Below, one piece after another: positions 17,926 to 27,702 of a stretch of 62,829 bases of DNA. The number at the start of each line of letters is the position of its first letter. Within the stretch, counting starts at the first letter, position 1. The position numbers and the translations under genes are program-made. Where the stretch lies: NCBI GenBank assembly GCA_030628945.1, contig DAOVPY010000004.1:1-62829 (forward strand). The letters are read 5' to 3'. Source of the DNA: Candidatus Nealsonbacteria bacterium. GTDB taxonomy: Bacteria; Patescibacteriota; Minisyncoccia; Minisyncoccales; DAOVPY01. Under the pieces are notes generated by a model. The model did no database searches. It had not been told where the DNA came from and saw only the letters and a list, made by a program, of their open reading frames with translations.

Positions 17926-19560
17926 TTAATGTATTTCTTCTTTTTTCTCTTTTAAAAAATATCGCCACTGTTCCAGAAATCCCACAAAAGTCAGGAAAGG
18001 GGCGTCAATTAAAATGGCTATTATTAAAGATATATTCAGTTTTGTCCATCTTGCCGAAAGCCATTTTCCCGCCTGAACAACTGGCAGGAAAAAGAAATCA
18101 AGAAGGGATTTGAAAAATGTTTCTTTCTTTTCCTCTATGGTTAATTCTTTATTTCTTTCTCTGATTCTCATCCCAAAAAAACTAATAACCGAAATAAAGA
18201 AAAGGAAAATAATCATAGAGAGAATCCCGAAATTTAATTTTTGAAGCGCCCAAATTATTATACCAAAAGAAACAAGAAAAGTTAAGAAATAAAAACCCAC
18301 GATTATACCTTGCATAATTTTTCCTCTTTTTTTCGGTATTTTTATTTCATAAACATCCTTTTGCTTCCGTTGAAAAATAAGTTTCATAACTTCCATCATT
18401 ATCACCTTAAGATTTTCTTTTTTCGGCGGCTTGATAGTGGCTACCAGAAAAAACATTAAAAGGGGAGGAAAGAGAACATTAATCCATAAAACCGAATAAC
18501 TAAACTCGTGAGTTAGATATTTGTCAACCGGAATTTCAATGGCTAAAGCCAGGGCTATTTTGGTAATAAATATAGAAAGGGTGCTGTAAATTGCGGCTCG
18601 CTTTGTCCTTTTTTTAAGTTTAATAAGCCGCTTGCCATATGCTTTTTCAATGAGTTCCTCTAATATCTCCGGTTTGGCGAGATTTTCTTCGGCTCTATTC
18701 GGGTCCTCGGCTATAATATCTCCTAAAATTAGATAAGAGGTGTCGTATTTTTCGCAGATATTATAGAATTTATCAGCCAAAGGATGATTTAAACTTGCTT
18801 CAATGCTTTCTTTTATAGAAAAAATATTTTGAGCGATAGCTGAAAGCAAAGGAGAAGGGGGAGTAAGTTCAAGCCATCCTGAATATCGCTTTTCTAAAAG
18901 ATTATAACCGATAGTGGAAGAATCCAATTTAAAAAGAGCCCTCTGAACCGCTATATAAATTTGGCTTTTTTCCTCTTCTTCGCTTAAGCCTTTTATGGCT
19001 ATAATTCCTTCTTTAACCCTTATTCGCTCCTGCATAAATTGGGTCATATATTCTATTAAATACTCTTCTTTTGAGCAGGAAGATAAGGTTTTTTCCAATT
19101 CATAACTGGCAATTTCCAAAAGCCAATTTCGGAGACAGACTTTTTCTTTTTCCCGGGTTTCTGTTGCTTCCGGGGAAGCAGGGGACAAGGGAGCAGAATT
19201 TTCTAAAATAAAAAAATGCTTATTTAAAATTTTCTGAACCTTTGTAATTTTTGTTTCCGGAATAGCGTCATTGGGAAAATGACCGCCCCTGATGAGTTCG
19301 TAGACCAGGGATTCGGCTATTTCTTTGTTCTTTTGATTTAAAATAATTCTTCTCTTCAGAATCCGTTCAATAGCCCGCTTTCTTAAAAGATGTTCCTCTT
19401 CCCAGTCCACCACTCCTTTTATTTTTTCATAAAAAGCCGCTACTCGCGAAGCGACCTCATCAACGTGGATAAAAGAAACACCCTCCTTTGGCTGAAGGGA
19501 TTGATGCCATGCCTGGTATTTTTCAATAAGTTGTTGAGTTGGCTGAGATATTGTATTCAT
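17926..19560 (-). CDS. Hypothetical multi-pass membrane protein
   Basis: 544 aa; soluble N-terminal region followed by several TM helices. Confidence 0.85.
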   Translation of the reverse strand: MNTISQPTQQLIEKYQAWHQSLQPKEGVSFIHVDEVASRVAAFYEKIKGVVDWEEEHLLRKRAIERILKRRIILNQKNKEIAESLVYELIRGGHFPNDAIPETKITKVQKILNKHFFILENSAPLSPASPEATETREKEKVCLRNWLLEIASYELEKTLSSCSKEEYLIEYMTQFMQERIRVKEGIIAIKGLSEEEEKSQIYIAVQRALFKLDSSTIGYNLLEKRYSGWLELTPPSPLLSAIAQNIFSIKESIEASLNHPLADKFYNICEKYDTSYLILGDIIAEDPNRAEENLAKPEILEELIEKAYGKRLIKLKKRTKRAAIYSTLSIFITKIALALAIEIPVDKYLTHEFSYSVLWINVLFPPLLMFFLVATIKPPKKENLKVIMMEVMKLIFQRKQKDVYEIKIPKKRGKIMQGIIVGFYFLTFLVSFGIIIWALQKLNFGILSMIIFLFFISVISFFGMRIRERNKELTIEEKKETFFKSLLDFFFLPVVQAGKWLSARWTKLNISLIIAILIDAPFLTFVGFLEQWRYFLKEKKEEIH

Positions 19561-21140
19561 TTTTTCTTTTCTACCTCCATTTTAACTTTTTCAAGAAATT
19601 TATTCAATCTTATCATGCCAATATCTCCTTTGCCGTGTTCGCGGACCCGGACTGATTTTGATTTTTGTTCTTTGTCGCCCACAACCAAAAGATAGGGGAT
19701 TTTTTGCAGCTCTCCTTCCCGAATTTTTTTACTCACCGTCTCATTTTCATCCTTAACCTCTAACCTATAACCTGCAACCTGCAATCTCTTGCCAATTTCT
19801 TGGGCAAATTTTTTGTGCCGGGTTCCGACCGGAATAACCCATATCTGAACAGGGGACAGCCACAAAGGCAAAACGCCGGCGCAATGTTCCAGCAAAACGC
19901 CGATAAACCTTTCTATGCATCCCAAAAGAGCCCGATGAATCATTATGGGCTGTTGTTTTTTTCCTTTTTCATCAATATAGGTTATATTGAATTTTTCCGG
20001 CAGATTGAAATCAACCTGAATAGTTGTACACTGCCAATCCCTGCCAAGAGAATCCTTTATCTTAATGTCAACTTTTGGCCCGTAAAATACTCCTTCACCC
20101 GGATCAATTTGATATTTTAATTTTAATTTATCCAAAGCAAATTTCAGAGATTTAGTAGCTTTTTGCCAACTTTTTAGATTTCCCACATATTTTTTAGGAC
20201 GGGTGGATAAATAAATATCATAATCCTTAAATCCGAATGTTTTCAGGATTTTGAGCCCCTGTTTTAAGAGTTTTACTAATTCATCGCTTAATTGTTCTTT
20301 AGCGCAGAAAATGTGAGCGTCGTCCTGGGTAAAGCCGCGGACCCTGGTTAAGCCGTGTAGAACACCGGATTTTTCATAGCGATATACAGTTCCCAATTCA
20401 GCGTATTTTACAGGTAAATCCCGATAACTTCTGATTTTGTTTTGATACGTTTTGATATGAAATGGACAGTTCATGGGCTTTAACATATATTGCTCCTCGT
20501 CTATTTGAATGGGGGAATACATATTTTCTCTATAGAACTCCCAATGCCCGGATTTTTTCCAAAGGTCTAATTTCCCAATATGAGGAGTCCATAGCCAGCC
20601 ATAACCCTGCCTGGTCAATTCCTGATATAAATAATCTTCAATAATTTTTCGCAGAATCGCTCCCTTGGGAAGCCAGATTGGAAGTCCGGCTCCTACTTCT
20701 TCGTCAAATAAAAATAATTCCAATTTTTGGCCCAGAACGCGATGGTCTCTTTTTTCCGCTTCTTTTTGCTGATGAAAATAATCATCTATTTCTTTTTTTG
20801 TTTGAAAAGCGATTCCGTAAATTCGGGTGAGCATTTTGTTTTTTGCGTCGCCTTTCCAATAAGCGCCAGCGATTTTAGTCAATTTGAAAACTCCTGCTGA
20901 TTTTTTCCCAACAAGTTTTTTCATCTTTTTTTCAATTTTCGGCAAATCAAAAGCGCTTATACTCTTTCCTTTTGGCAAATCAAAATCGCAAAAGAACCCG
21001 TTCTCTGTTATTTTCTTTTCTTTGATTTCAGCGCCGGCATACAATTCCTGGACCGCGCTTGCCAACACGCGCGCCAACGAGCGCCGAGTTGTTTCAATTT
21101 TAGTTTGTTTTATCATAGATGTAATCAATAAACGAGGCAA
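19557..21140 (-). CDS. thrS: Threonine-tRNA ligase with degenerate editing domain (start may be ATG at 21116)
   Basis: RDHRVLG, KPMNCPFH, RVRGFTQDDAHIF, FYGPKVD, WQCTTIQVDF, IHRALLG. Confidence 0.97.
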   Translation of the reverse strand: MPRLLITSMIKQTKIETTRRSLARVLASAVQELYAGAEIKEKKITENGFFCDFDLPKGKSISAFDLPKIEKKMKKLVGKKSAGVFKLTKIAGAYWKGDAKNKMLTRIYGIAFQTKKEIDDYFHQQKEAEKRDHRVLGQKLELFLFDEEVGAGLPIWLPKGAILRKIIEDYLYQELTRQGYGWLWTPHIGKLDLWKKSGHWEFYRENMYSPIQIDEEQYMLKPMNCPFHIKTYQNKIRSYRDLPVKYAELGTVYRYEKSGVLHGLTRVRGFTQDDAHIFCAKEQLSDELVKLLKQGLKILKTFGFKDYDIYLSTRPKKYVGNLKSWQKATKSLKFALDKLKLKYQIDPGEGVFYGPKVDIKIKDSLGRDWQCTTIQVDFNLPEKFNITYIDEKGKKQQPIMIHRALLGCIERFIGVLLEHCAGVLPLWLSPVQIWVIPVGTRHKKFAQEIGKRLQVAGYRLEVKDENETVSKKIREGELQKIPYLLVVGDKEQKSKSVRVREHGKGDIGMIRLNKFLEKVKMEVEKKK

Positions 21141-21209
21141 AGAAAAATTTTTAGTATGGGGTGGTCTGGGTGGGTCTATTACTAAAAATTTTTCTTTGCC
21201 GAGAGATTA

Positions 21210-24200
21210 TTATTTTTCTTCCACGATTTCTTCTATTTCCTGGCAGATAATTTTTGCCACGCCGTCGCGATTGTCCACCCGTCCTTTAACAATAACAATT
21301 TTGTTTTCCTGAAAAATATCGGGATTTTGTTCAATAATTGAGGGGAAGACAACCAATTCAATTTTATTTGTTTGGTCTTCCAATTTCACAAAAAGCATTG
21401 GTTTGCCGGTTTTAGTGATGATTTTTTTAATTGAAGAAATTACGCCTGCGGATTTTACTATTTTGCCGGTTAAATCCTGGGAGATTTTTATTAAGGGCAG
21501 GACGGTTTTTCCAAACGCCTTTTTGAAATCTTCCAAGGGATGGCTGGAAATATAAAGGCCTAAAAGCTCTTTTTCCCATTTTAATTTTTCTTTTTTTGAA
21601 GCCGGGGGCGCCGGCGAAAGAAAAAGACCGTTATTATTGGATTTTATTCCGTCAAAAAGCCCTTTTTGCCCGTTTGCCTTGTTTTTTTGGGTTTCCCTGC
21701 TCCATTCCAAAAATTTTTCCAAATTTACAAGAAGTTTATTTCTCTCTTCAAACTTGTCAAACGCCCCTGCTTTAATTAAACTCTCCAAAGACCTTTTGTT
21801 CAAATTTTTTGTAGAAATCCTGGTGACGAAATCAGTCATAGAATCAAAATGCTTATTTTTCTTTCTTTCTTCAACTATCGCTTCAACTACATTATAGCCC
21901 ACATTTTTAATGGCTAAAAGCCCGAAACGGATTTTTTTCTGTCCCGGAATAACGCTGAAATTTCTAAAACTTTCATTAATATCAGGCGCGAGAACTTCTA
22001 TTTTCATTCTTTTGCACTCTTCTATCAAGAAAGCGATTTTTTCAAGGTCCTGCCTTTCCGAAGTGAGAACAGCCGCCATAAACTCTATTGGATAATGGAC
22101 TTTCAAATAAGCGGTGCGGTAGGCAATCATTGCGTAGGACGCCGCGTGGCTCCTGTTAAATGAGTAGCTGGCAAAGGGCTCAATCCAATGCCAAATTTTT
22201 TCCATAATTTTTGCGTCTATTCCATTCTTCTTTCCGTTGTTAATAAATTTCTCTTTCTGTCCCAAAAGAAGCTCTTTAATTTTTTTACCAATCGCTTTTC
22301 TTAAAATATCTGCTTCTGCTAAAGTAAATCCGGCTAATTCCTGGGCAATCTGCATAACCTGCTCCTGATATACAATTATATTGTAAGTTTTTTTCAAAAT
22401 CGGCTCTAATTTTGGATGAAGATATTCAATTTTCTTTTTTCCGTGTTTGCCTTTGATGTATTCGGGAATAAATTGCATGGGCCCTGGCCTGTACAAAGCC
22501 ACCATCGCAATAATATCTTCAAACTCGCTTGGCTTAAGCTGTTTTAGATATCTTTTCATTCCATCGCTCTCAAGTTGAAAGACCGATGTGCTTTCTCCTT
22601 TTGCCAAAAGTTCATAGATTTTTTTGTCATCAAGGGGAATATCCTCTATTTTTAAAGATTTATTCTGAACCTTGTAAATGCGGCTTAGAGTGTCTTCAAT
22701 AATAGTTAGATTTTTTAATCCCAAAAGGTCAAGTTTTAATAACCCCAAATCATCAATGGAATGAAGCTCATATTGGGTAACGATTGCTTTATCATTTTGT
22801 GTCGGATGTTGAAGCGGCACTATTTCTGTTAATGGTTCTTTGGAAATGACCACGCCGCAGGCGTGAGTAGAAGCGTGCCGCGCGACTCCTTCTAATTTTT
22901 TAGCCAGATCAATCAACCGAGTTGCTTTTTCATCGGATTGATAAATGTCCCTGAATTCATCAATTTTTTTAAGGGTTTCATCCAGAGTAAAGCCAAAAGG
23001 AATAAGCTTGGCAAGATGATCGCAAAAAGTATAAGAATATTGAAGCGCTCTGCCCACGTCGCGAATTACGGCCCTGCTTGCCATTGTGCCAAAAGTAATA
23101 ATCTGAGCCACCTTATCCCGACCATATTTTTGAGCAATGTAGTTTATCACTTCGTCCCTTCTCCAATCAGTGAAATCAATATCAAAATCCGGCATTGAAA
23201 CGCGCGAAGGATTTAAAAAACGTTCAAATATCAATCCATATTTTATTGGATTAATGTCAGTAATATTCAACAGATAGCATGCCAATGAACCGGCATCGCT
23301 GCCTCTGCCAGGACCCACAACAATCCGATTTTCTTTTGCCCAGTTGACAAAATCCTGCACAATAAGAAAAAAGGGCGCAAATTTGGTTTGTTTTATTATT
23401 GAAAGTTCGTATTCTAATCGTTTTATCGCCTCCTGCTCATTTGCGATTTGCGATTTGCGATTTTCCAATCCTTGTTCGCATAACTCTTTTAGATATTCAT
23501 CAGCTGTTTTATTTTCCGGCGCTGGAAAATATGGTAATTTCATTTCTCCGAGCTTAAAATCAAAATTACACTGCTCTTTAATTTTTTGAGTGTTTTCAAT
23601 CGCTTCGGGCGTTTTTTTGAAGAATTCGGCCATTTTTTCCGGCGAGTGTATGGAAAAATCGTCTGATTTCATTGTTAAACGGCCAGGGGCATCTGGTTTT
23701 GAACCGGTATTAATAAGCATTAAAATATCCTGGGCTTCCGCGTCTTCTATTCGCAAATAATGGCAGTCATTGGTGGCAACAAGAGGGATGTTTAATTTTT
23801 TGGAAAAGTCAATCAGCCCGTCATTGGCTTTTTGCTGTTCTCGCAGATTAGGATGGTGTTGAATTTCCAGATAAAAATTATCTTTGTTAAAAATTTTTTG
23901 ATATTTTAAAATAGTTTTTTCCGCTTCATCAGTTTTATTAGAAATAATCATTTGAGGAATTTTCCCGCGGATACAAGCAGTCATACCAATCAATCCCTTG
24001 CTGTATCGCGCCAACAACTCTTCGTCAATCCTGGGTTTATAATAAAAACCCTCTAAATGGGCTTTGGTTACCAATTTAACTAAATTTTTATAACCCTCTT
24101 CATTCTTAACCAGCAAGACCAGGTGATATCTTTTGTCGTCAATGTTCGGCCTTTTTTGGTCCATTCCCTCATAACTCATATATACTTCGCAGCCAATAAT

Positions 24201-24386
24201 CGGCTTTATTCCTTTTGCTTTGGCTTTTTTATAAAATTCCACAGCGCCGTAAAGAACCCCGTGGTCCGTAAGGGCGACAGAATCCATTCCCAGCTTCTGG
24301 ACATAATCCAAAAGCTCGTCAATCTTTGGCAGACCATCAAGCAGGGAATAGTGAGAATGAACGTGTAAATGGGTGAATTTGGACAT
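21210..24386 (-). CDS. dnaE: DNA polymerase III alpha subunit
   Basis: PHP HLHVHSHYSLLDG, GRGSDAGSL, PDFDIDF, FNRSHA, C-terminal OB fold; no intein seen. Confidence 0.98.
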   Translation of the reverse strand: MSKFTHLHVHSHYSLLDGLPKIDELLDYVQKLGMDSVALTDHGVLYGAVEFYKKAKAKGIKPIIGCEVYMSYEGMDQKRPNIDDKRYHLVLLVKNEEGYKNLVKLVTKAHLEGFYYKPRIDEELLARYSKGLIGMTACIRGKIPQMIISNKTDEAEKTILKYQKIFNKDNFYLEIQHHPNLREQQKANDGLIDFSKKLNIPLVATNDCHYLRIEDAEAQDILMLINTGSKPDAPGRLTMKSDDFSIHSPEKMAEFFKKTPEAIENTQKIKEQCNFDFKLGEMKLPYFPAPENKTADEYLKELCEQGLENRKSQIANEQEAIKRLEYELSIIKQTKFAPFFLIVQDFVNWAKENRIVVGPGRGSDAGSLACYLLNITDINPIKYGLIFERFLNPSRVSMPDFDIDFTDWRRDEVINYIAQKYGRDKVAQIITFGTMASRAVIRDVGRALQYSYTFCDHLAKLIPFGFTLDETLKKIDEFRDIYQSDEKATRLIDLAKKLEGVARHASTHACGVVISKEPLTEIVPLQHPTQNDKAIVTQYELHSIDDLGLLKLDLLGLKNLTIIEDTLSRIYKVQNKSLKIEDIPLDDKKIYELLAKGESTSVFQLESDGMKRYLKQLKPSEFEDIIAMVALYRPGPMQFIPEYIKGKHGKKKIEYLHPKLEPILKKTYNIIVYQEQVMQIAQELAGFTLAEADILRKAIGKKIKELLLGQKEKFINNGKKNGIDAKIMEKIWHWIEPFASYSFNRSHAASYAMIAYRTAYLKVHYPIEFMAAVLTSERQDLEKIAFLIEECKRMKIEVLAPDINESFRNFSVIPGQKKIRFGLLAIKNVGYNVVEAIVEERKKNKHFDSMTDFVTRISTKNLNKRSLESLIKAGAFDKFEERNKLLVNLEKFLEWSRETQKNKANGQKGLFDGIKSNNNGLFLSPAPPASKKEKLKWEKELLGLYISSHPLEDFKKAFGKTVLPLIKISQDLTGKIVKSAGVISSIKKIITKTGKPMLFVKLEDQTNKIELVVFPSIIEQNPDIFQENKIVIVKGRVDNRDGVAKIICQEIEEIVEEK

Positions 24387-24419
24387 AAACGAAATATAGA
24401 GAATTATTGGGCAACTATA

Positions 24420-24565
24420 AATATCTAATATCTAATTTCTAATTTCTAATCAAATCCCAAACCCCAATGTCTAATATCTAAATTTTTTTTGGTCATTGGT
24501 CATTGGACATTGGGTATTGATTAGGTCAATTGGGTCAATTGGGTTAATTAGGAATTAGAAATTTT
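24420..24565. repeat. Heptamer-built foldback element, copy E2
   Basis: CTAATCAAATCCCAA (24446-24460) and GACATTGGGTATTGATTAG (24506-24524); reverse orientation to E1. Confidence 0.85.
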
Positions 24566-24697
24566 ATTATTCTATTATATCTCTTGCTTTTTTTTCTGGC
24601 AAATTTTTTTTGCACTGAATCCTTTAAAGTTTTCCACAGGATTTTTATTACTCAATTTTTTGTTGATTATTTTTCTTTCTTGGGATAGAATAAAAAA

Positions 24698-25957
24698 ATG
24701 AGGCAAACCCGGCTTTTTAGCAAAACAATCAGAGAAGCGCCAAAAGATGAAAAATGCCTTAATGCCCAACTTTTAATTCGGGCCGGTTTTATTGATAAAT
24801 TAGCGGCCGGAATTTACACTTTTTTGCCTTTGGGCTTAAGGGTTTTGAAAAAAATTGAAAAAATTATTAATGAGGAAATGGCCGCTGTCGGCGGCGAAAG
24901 AATTTTAATGCCTGGGCTTATTCCCAAAAAAAATTGGGAGCAAACCAAACGTTGGAAGACATTTAAAGAGCTTTACAAGATTAAAGGAGAAAGCGGTCAG
25001 GAATATGGTTTGGGTTCAACTCATGAGGAAGTAGTGGTTCCATTACTTCAAAAATATGTTTCGTCTTATAAGGATTTGCCTTGTTATGTTTATCAGATTC
25101 AAACAAAATACAGAGATGAAATTAGAACGAAATCAGGATTATTGAGGGACAGGGAATTTGGAATGAAAGATTTGTATTCTTTTCACAAAGATGAAAAAGA
25201 TTTAGATTCTTACTATGAAAAAATTAAAAAAAGTTATTTCAAAATTTTGAAAAGGATAGATTTAGAAAATAAAACCTATCTAACCTTGGCTTCAGGCGGC
25301 ACTTTTTCAAAATATTCTCATGAATTTCAAACCATAACCCCTGCCGGAGAGGATATCATTTATATTTGCGAAAATTGTAATTTTGCCATAAATAAAGAAA
25401 TCAAAGGCGAATATTCAAAATGCCCTGAATGCAGGGGCAAAAAATTCAGACAGGAGAAAGCCATAGAAGTAGGCAACATTTTTAAACTTGGAACAAAATA
25501 TACCAAGCCGTTTAATTTTGAATTTACTGACAAAGACGGTTCAAAAAAATTAGTAGTAATGGGGTGTTACGGCATAGGTCCTGCTCGTTTAATGGGAACC
25601 ATCATAGAGATTCATCATGATGAAAAAGGAATAATTTGGCCCCTGTCAGTGGCGCCTTTTAACGTTCATCTATTGCCTTTGGGAAGCAAAGAAGAAAAAA
25701 TAAAAGAAAATATCAGAAAAACATCGGAAAAAATTTACAGGGATTTACAAAAAGCAAAAATTGAAGTATTATATGATGACCGAGAAGACAAAACACCAGG
25801 AGAAAAATTCGCGGACGCGGATTTGCTCGGAATACCCATCAGAATCGTGGTAAGCGAAAAGACGCTTCAAAAAAATTGCGTGGAAATAAAAAAGCGAAAT
25901 GAAAAGAAAATTAAGTTGATTAAAATAAAACACTTACCGCAATTCCTAAATTTCTAA
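24698..25957 (+). CDS. proS: Proline-tRNA ligase, short form without INS editing domain
   Basis: THEE, YQIQTKYRDE..KSGLLRDREF, EVGNIFKLG, GCYGIG, ADLLGIP; 419 aa. Confidence 0.97.
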   Translation: MRQTRLFSKTIREAPKDEKCLNAQLLIRAGFIDKLAAGIYTFLPLGLRVLKKIEKIINEEMAAVGGERILMPGLIPKKNWEQTKRWKTFKELYKIKGESGQEYGLGSTHEEVVVPLLQKYVSSYKDLPCYVYQIQTKYRDEIRTKSGLLRDREFGMKDLYSFHKDEKDLDSYYEKIKKSYFKILKRIDLENKTYLTLASGGTFSKYSHEFQTITPAGEDIIYICENCNFAINKEIKGEYSKCPECRGKKFRQEKAIEVGNIFKLGTKYTKPFNFEFTDKDGSKKLVVMGCYGIGPARLMGTIIEIHHDEKGIIWPLSVAPFNVHLLPLGSKEEKIKENIRKTSEKIYRDLQKAKIEVLYDDREDKTPGEKFADADLLGIPIRIVVSEKTLQKNCVEIKKRNEKKIKLIKIKHLPQFLNF

Positions 25958-26080
25958 TTTCTAATTTCTAATTTCTAATCAAATCCCAAATCTCAATTTC
26001 TAATGTCTAAATTTTTGGTCATTGGATATTGGTTATTGGATATTGATTAGGTCAATTAGGTCAATTAGGAATTAGACATT
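25941..26080. repeat. Heptamer-built foldback element, copy E3 (overlaps proS stop)
   Basis: (ATTTCTA)n, CTAATCAAATCCCAA 25975-25989, right arm TTGATTAGGTCAATTAGG. Confidence 0.85.
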
Positions 26081-26088
26081 TCAATTTT

Positions 26089-27135
26089 GTGTTAAACAAA
26101 TTTCTCTCCCATTTTCATCAAGACATTGCCATTGATTTAGGGACCGCCAACTCCCTGGTTTATGTTCGGGATAGGGGAATCGTGATTTCCGAGCCCTCGG
26201 TAGTGGCGGTAAACCAAAAAACCGGCCAGATTTTAGCTATCGGCGACGAAGCTAAAAAAATGGTTGGCAGGACTCCCTCCAATATTGTCGCGGCGCGGCC
26301 ATTGGTAAAAGGAGTGGTTTCTGATTTTGAGATTACCGAACAAATGTTAAAATATTTTCTTGAAAGAGTTCGCGGAAAAACTCTTAGTCTCAGGCCGCGG
26401 GTAATTATCGGCATTCCCTGCGGCGTTACCGAAGTGGAAAGAAAGGCGGTCCAAGACGCAACTAAAAACGCCGGGGCAAGAGAAGTTTATTTAATTGAAC
26501 AACCCATGGCCGCCGCAATCGGCGCTCGTCTTCCAATCCAGGAAGCGGCCGGAAATTTTATTGTTGACATCGGCGGCGGAACTACCGAGGTCGCTGTAAT
26601 TTCGCTGGGCGGACTGGTCCTTTCAAAGAGCCTGCGGATAGCGGGAGATAAACTCAATCAAGATATAATTTACTTCAGTCAGGAAGAATATAAACTTTTA
26701 ATAGGAGAACGGACTGCTGAAGAAATTAAAATCGCTATTGGTTCCGCTTATCCGTTGAAAGAGAAAAAAGAGATGCCGATGCGAGGCAGGAATTTAGCGA
26801 CCGGCTTGCCGGAAGAAATTACGGTTTCAGATGAAGAAATAAGGCGAGCCCTGAAAAAATCGGTCGGGGAAATTGTTAACGCTGTCAAAACCACGGTAGA
26901 GGAAACGCCCCCGGAATTGCTCGCCGACATTATGTCAAAGGGAATCTGTCTGGCAGGCGGCGGTTCTCTTTTAAAAGGATTAGATTCTTTAATCACAAAA
27001 GAAACCAAAATTCCCGTCAAAATCATTGACGATCCCTTAACCGCCGTAGCCCGGGGCGCCGGTATGGTTTTGGAAAATCTTGATGAATTACAAGAGGTTC
27101 TGATAGAAACAGAACAATTAGAACTGCCAAAATAA
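26089..27135 (+). CDS. mreB: Rod shape-determining protein MreB (GTG start)
   Basis: IAIDLGTAN, EPSVVA, IVDIGGGTTEVAVISLGG, LAGGGSLL. Confidence 0.97.
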   Translation: MLNKFLSHFHQDIAIDLGTANSLVYVRDRGIVISEPSVVAVNQKTGQILAIGDEAKKMVGRTPSNIVAARPLVKGVVSDFEITEQMLKYFLERVRGKTLSLRPRVIIGIPCGVTEVERKAVQDATKNAGAREVYLIEQPMAAAIGARLPIQEAAGNFIVDIGGGTTEVAVISLGGLVLSKSLRIAGDKLNQDIIYFSQEEYKLLIGERTAEEIKIAIGSAYPLKEKKEMPMRGRNLATGLPEEITVSDEEIRRALKKSVGEIVNAVKTTVEETPPELLADIMSKGICLAGGGSLLKGLDSLITKETKIPVKIIDDPLTAVARGAGMVLENLDELQEVLIETEQLELPK

Positions 27136-27146
27136 TAGAGTAAATC

Positions 27147-27175
27147 TTGACAGATTTATAAACATGGAGTAAAAT
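27147..27175 (+). promoter_or_regulatory. sigma70 promoter upstream of khpA leader
   Basis: TTGACA (27147-27152), 17 nt, TAAAAT (27170-27175). Confidence 0.75.
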
Positions 27176-27180
27176 GACGC

Positions 27181-27263
27181 CAGTAGCCAATAAACCAGCC
27201 ATGCTGGCCATTGGATTCTCTTGAATTGTTGAATGAGAGAATCGCTGAAAGGTCGGGCTACTG
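27181..27263 (+). ncRNA. Candidate structured 5' leader RNA of khpA
   Basis: Outer stem CAGTAGCC/GGCTACTG starting at the predicted TSS; inner hairpins CCAGC/GCTGG and GATTCTCT/AGAGAATC. Confidence 0.45.
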
Positions 27264-27297
27264 TATTATAGAAAAGATAATGTTTTAGAATCAAAAT

Positions 27298-27615
27298 ATG
27301 GCAAAAGTATCTAGTGATCAGGAATTTCTTGAATTTCTAATTAAGTCCCTTGTTGACAATCCGGACGATGTAAAAGTAGAAAGAAAAGTGGATGAAATGG
27401 GAGTTTTACTTTCTTTGAAAGTAAATCCAGAAGATATGGGCCAGATAATCGGCAAAGCTGGAGCTACGGCAAAAGCAATAAGGTCGTTGGTTCGGGTTGT
27501 CGGTCTTAAGAACCACGCCAGAGTTAACTTAAAGATTGAAGAGCCGGAAGGCGGCCGAGCCCCTGCGCGAGAAAGGGAAAGTTCCAAGGAAGGACTTGGC
27601 GACTTAAAACTGTAA
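27298..27615 (+). CDS. khpA: KH-domain RNA-binding protein
   Basis: LVDNPDDVKV, DMGQIIGKAGATAKAIR. Confidence 0.92.
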   Translation: MAKVSSDQEFLEFLIKSLVDNPDDVKVERKVDEMGVLLSLKVNPEDMGQIIGKAGATAKAIRSLVRVVGLKNHARVNLKIEEPEGGRAPARERESSKEGLGDLKL

Positions 27616-27702
27616 ACCTTAAACACGTTTACAATCAACAGAAAACCGTGCTATTATAAAAATGGCGCGGTTTTCATTTGCCCCTCTTACTTTCGCTTTT
27701 TT

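Noticed and set aside
21210-24386. Intein in dnaE
   Set aside because: Length is normal and no C/S...HN splice motifs interrupt the conserved blocks.
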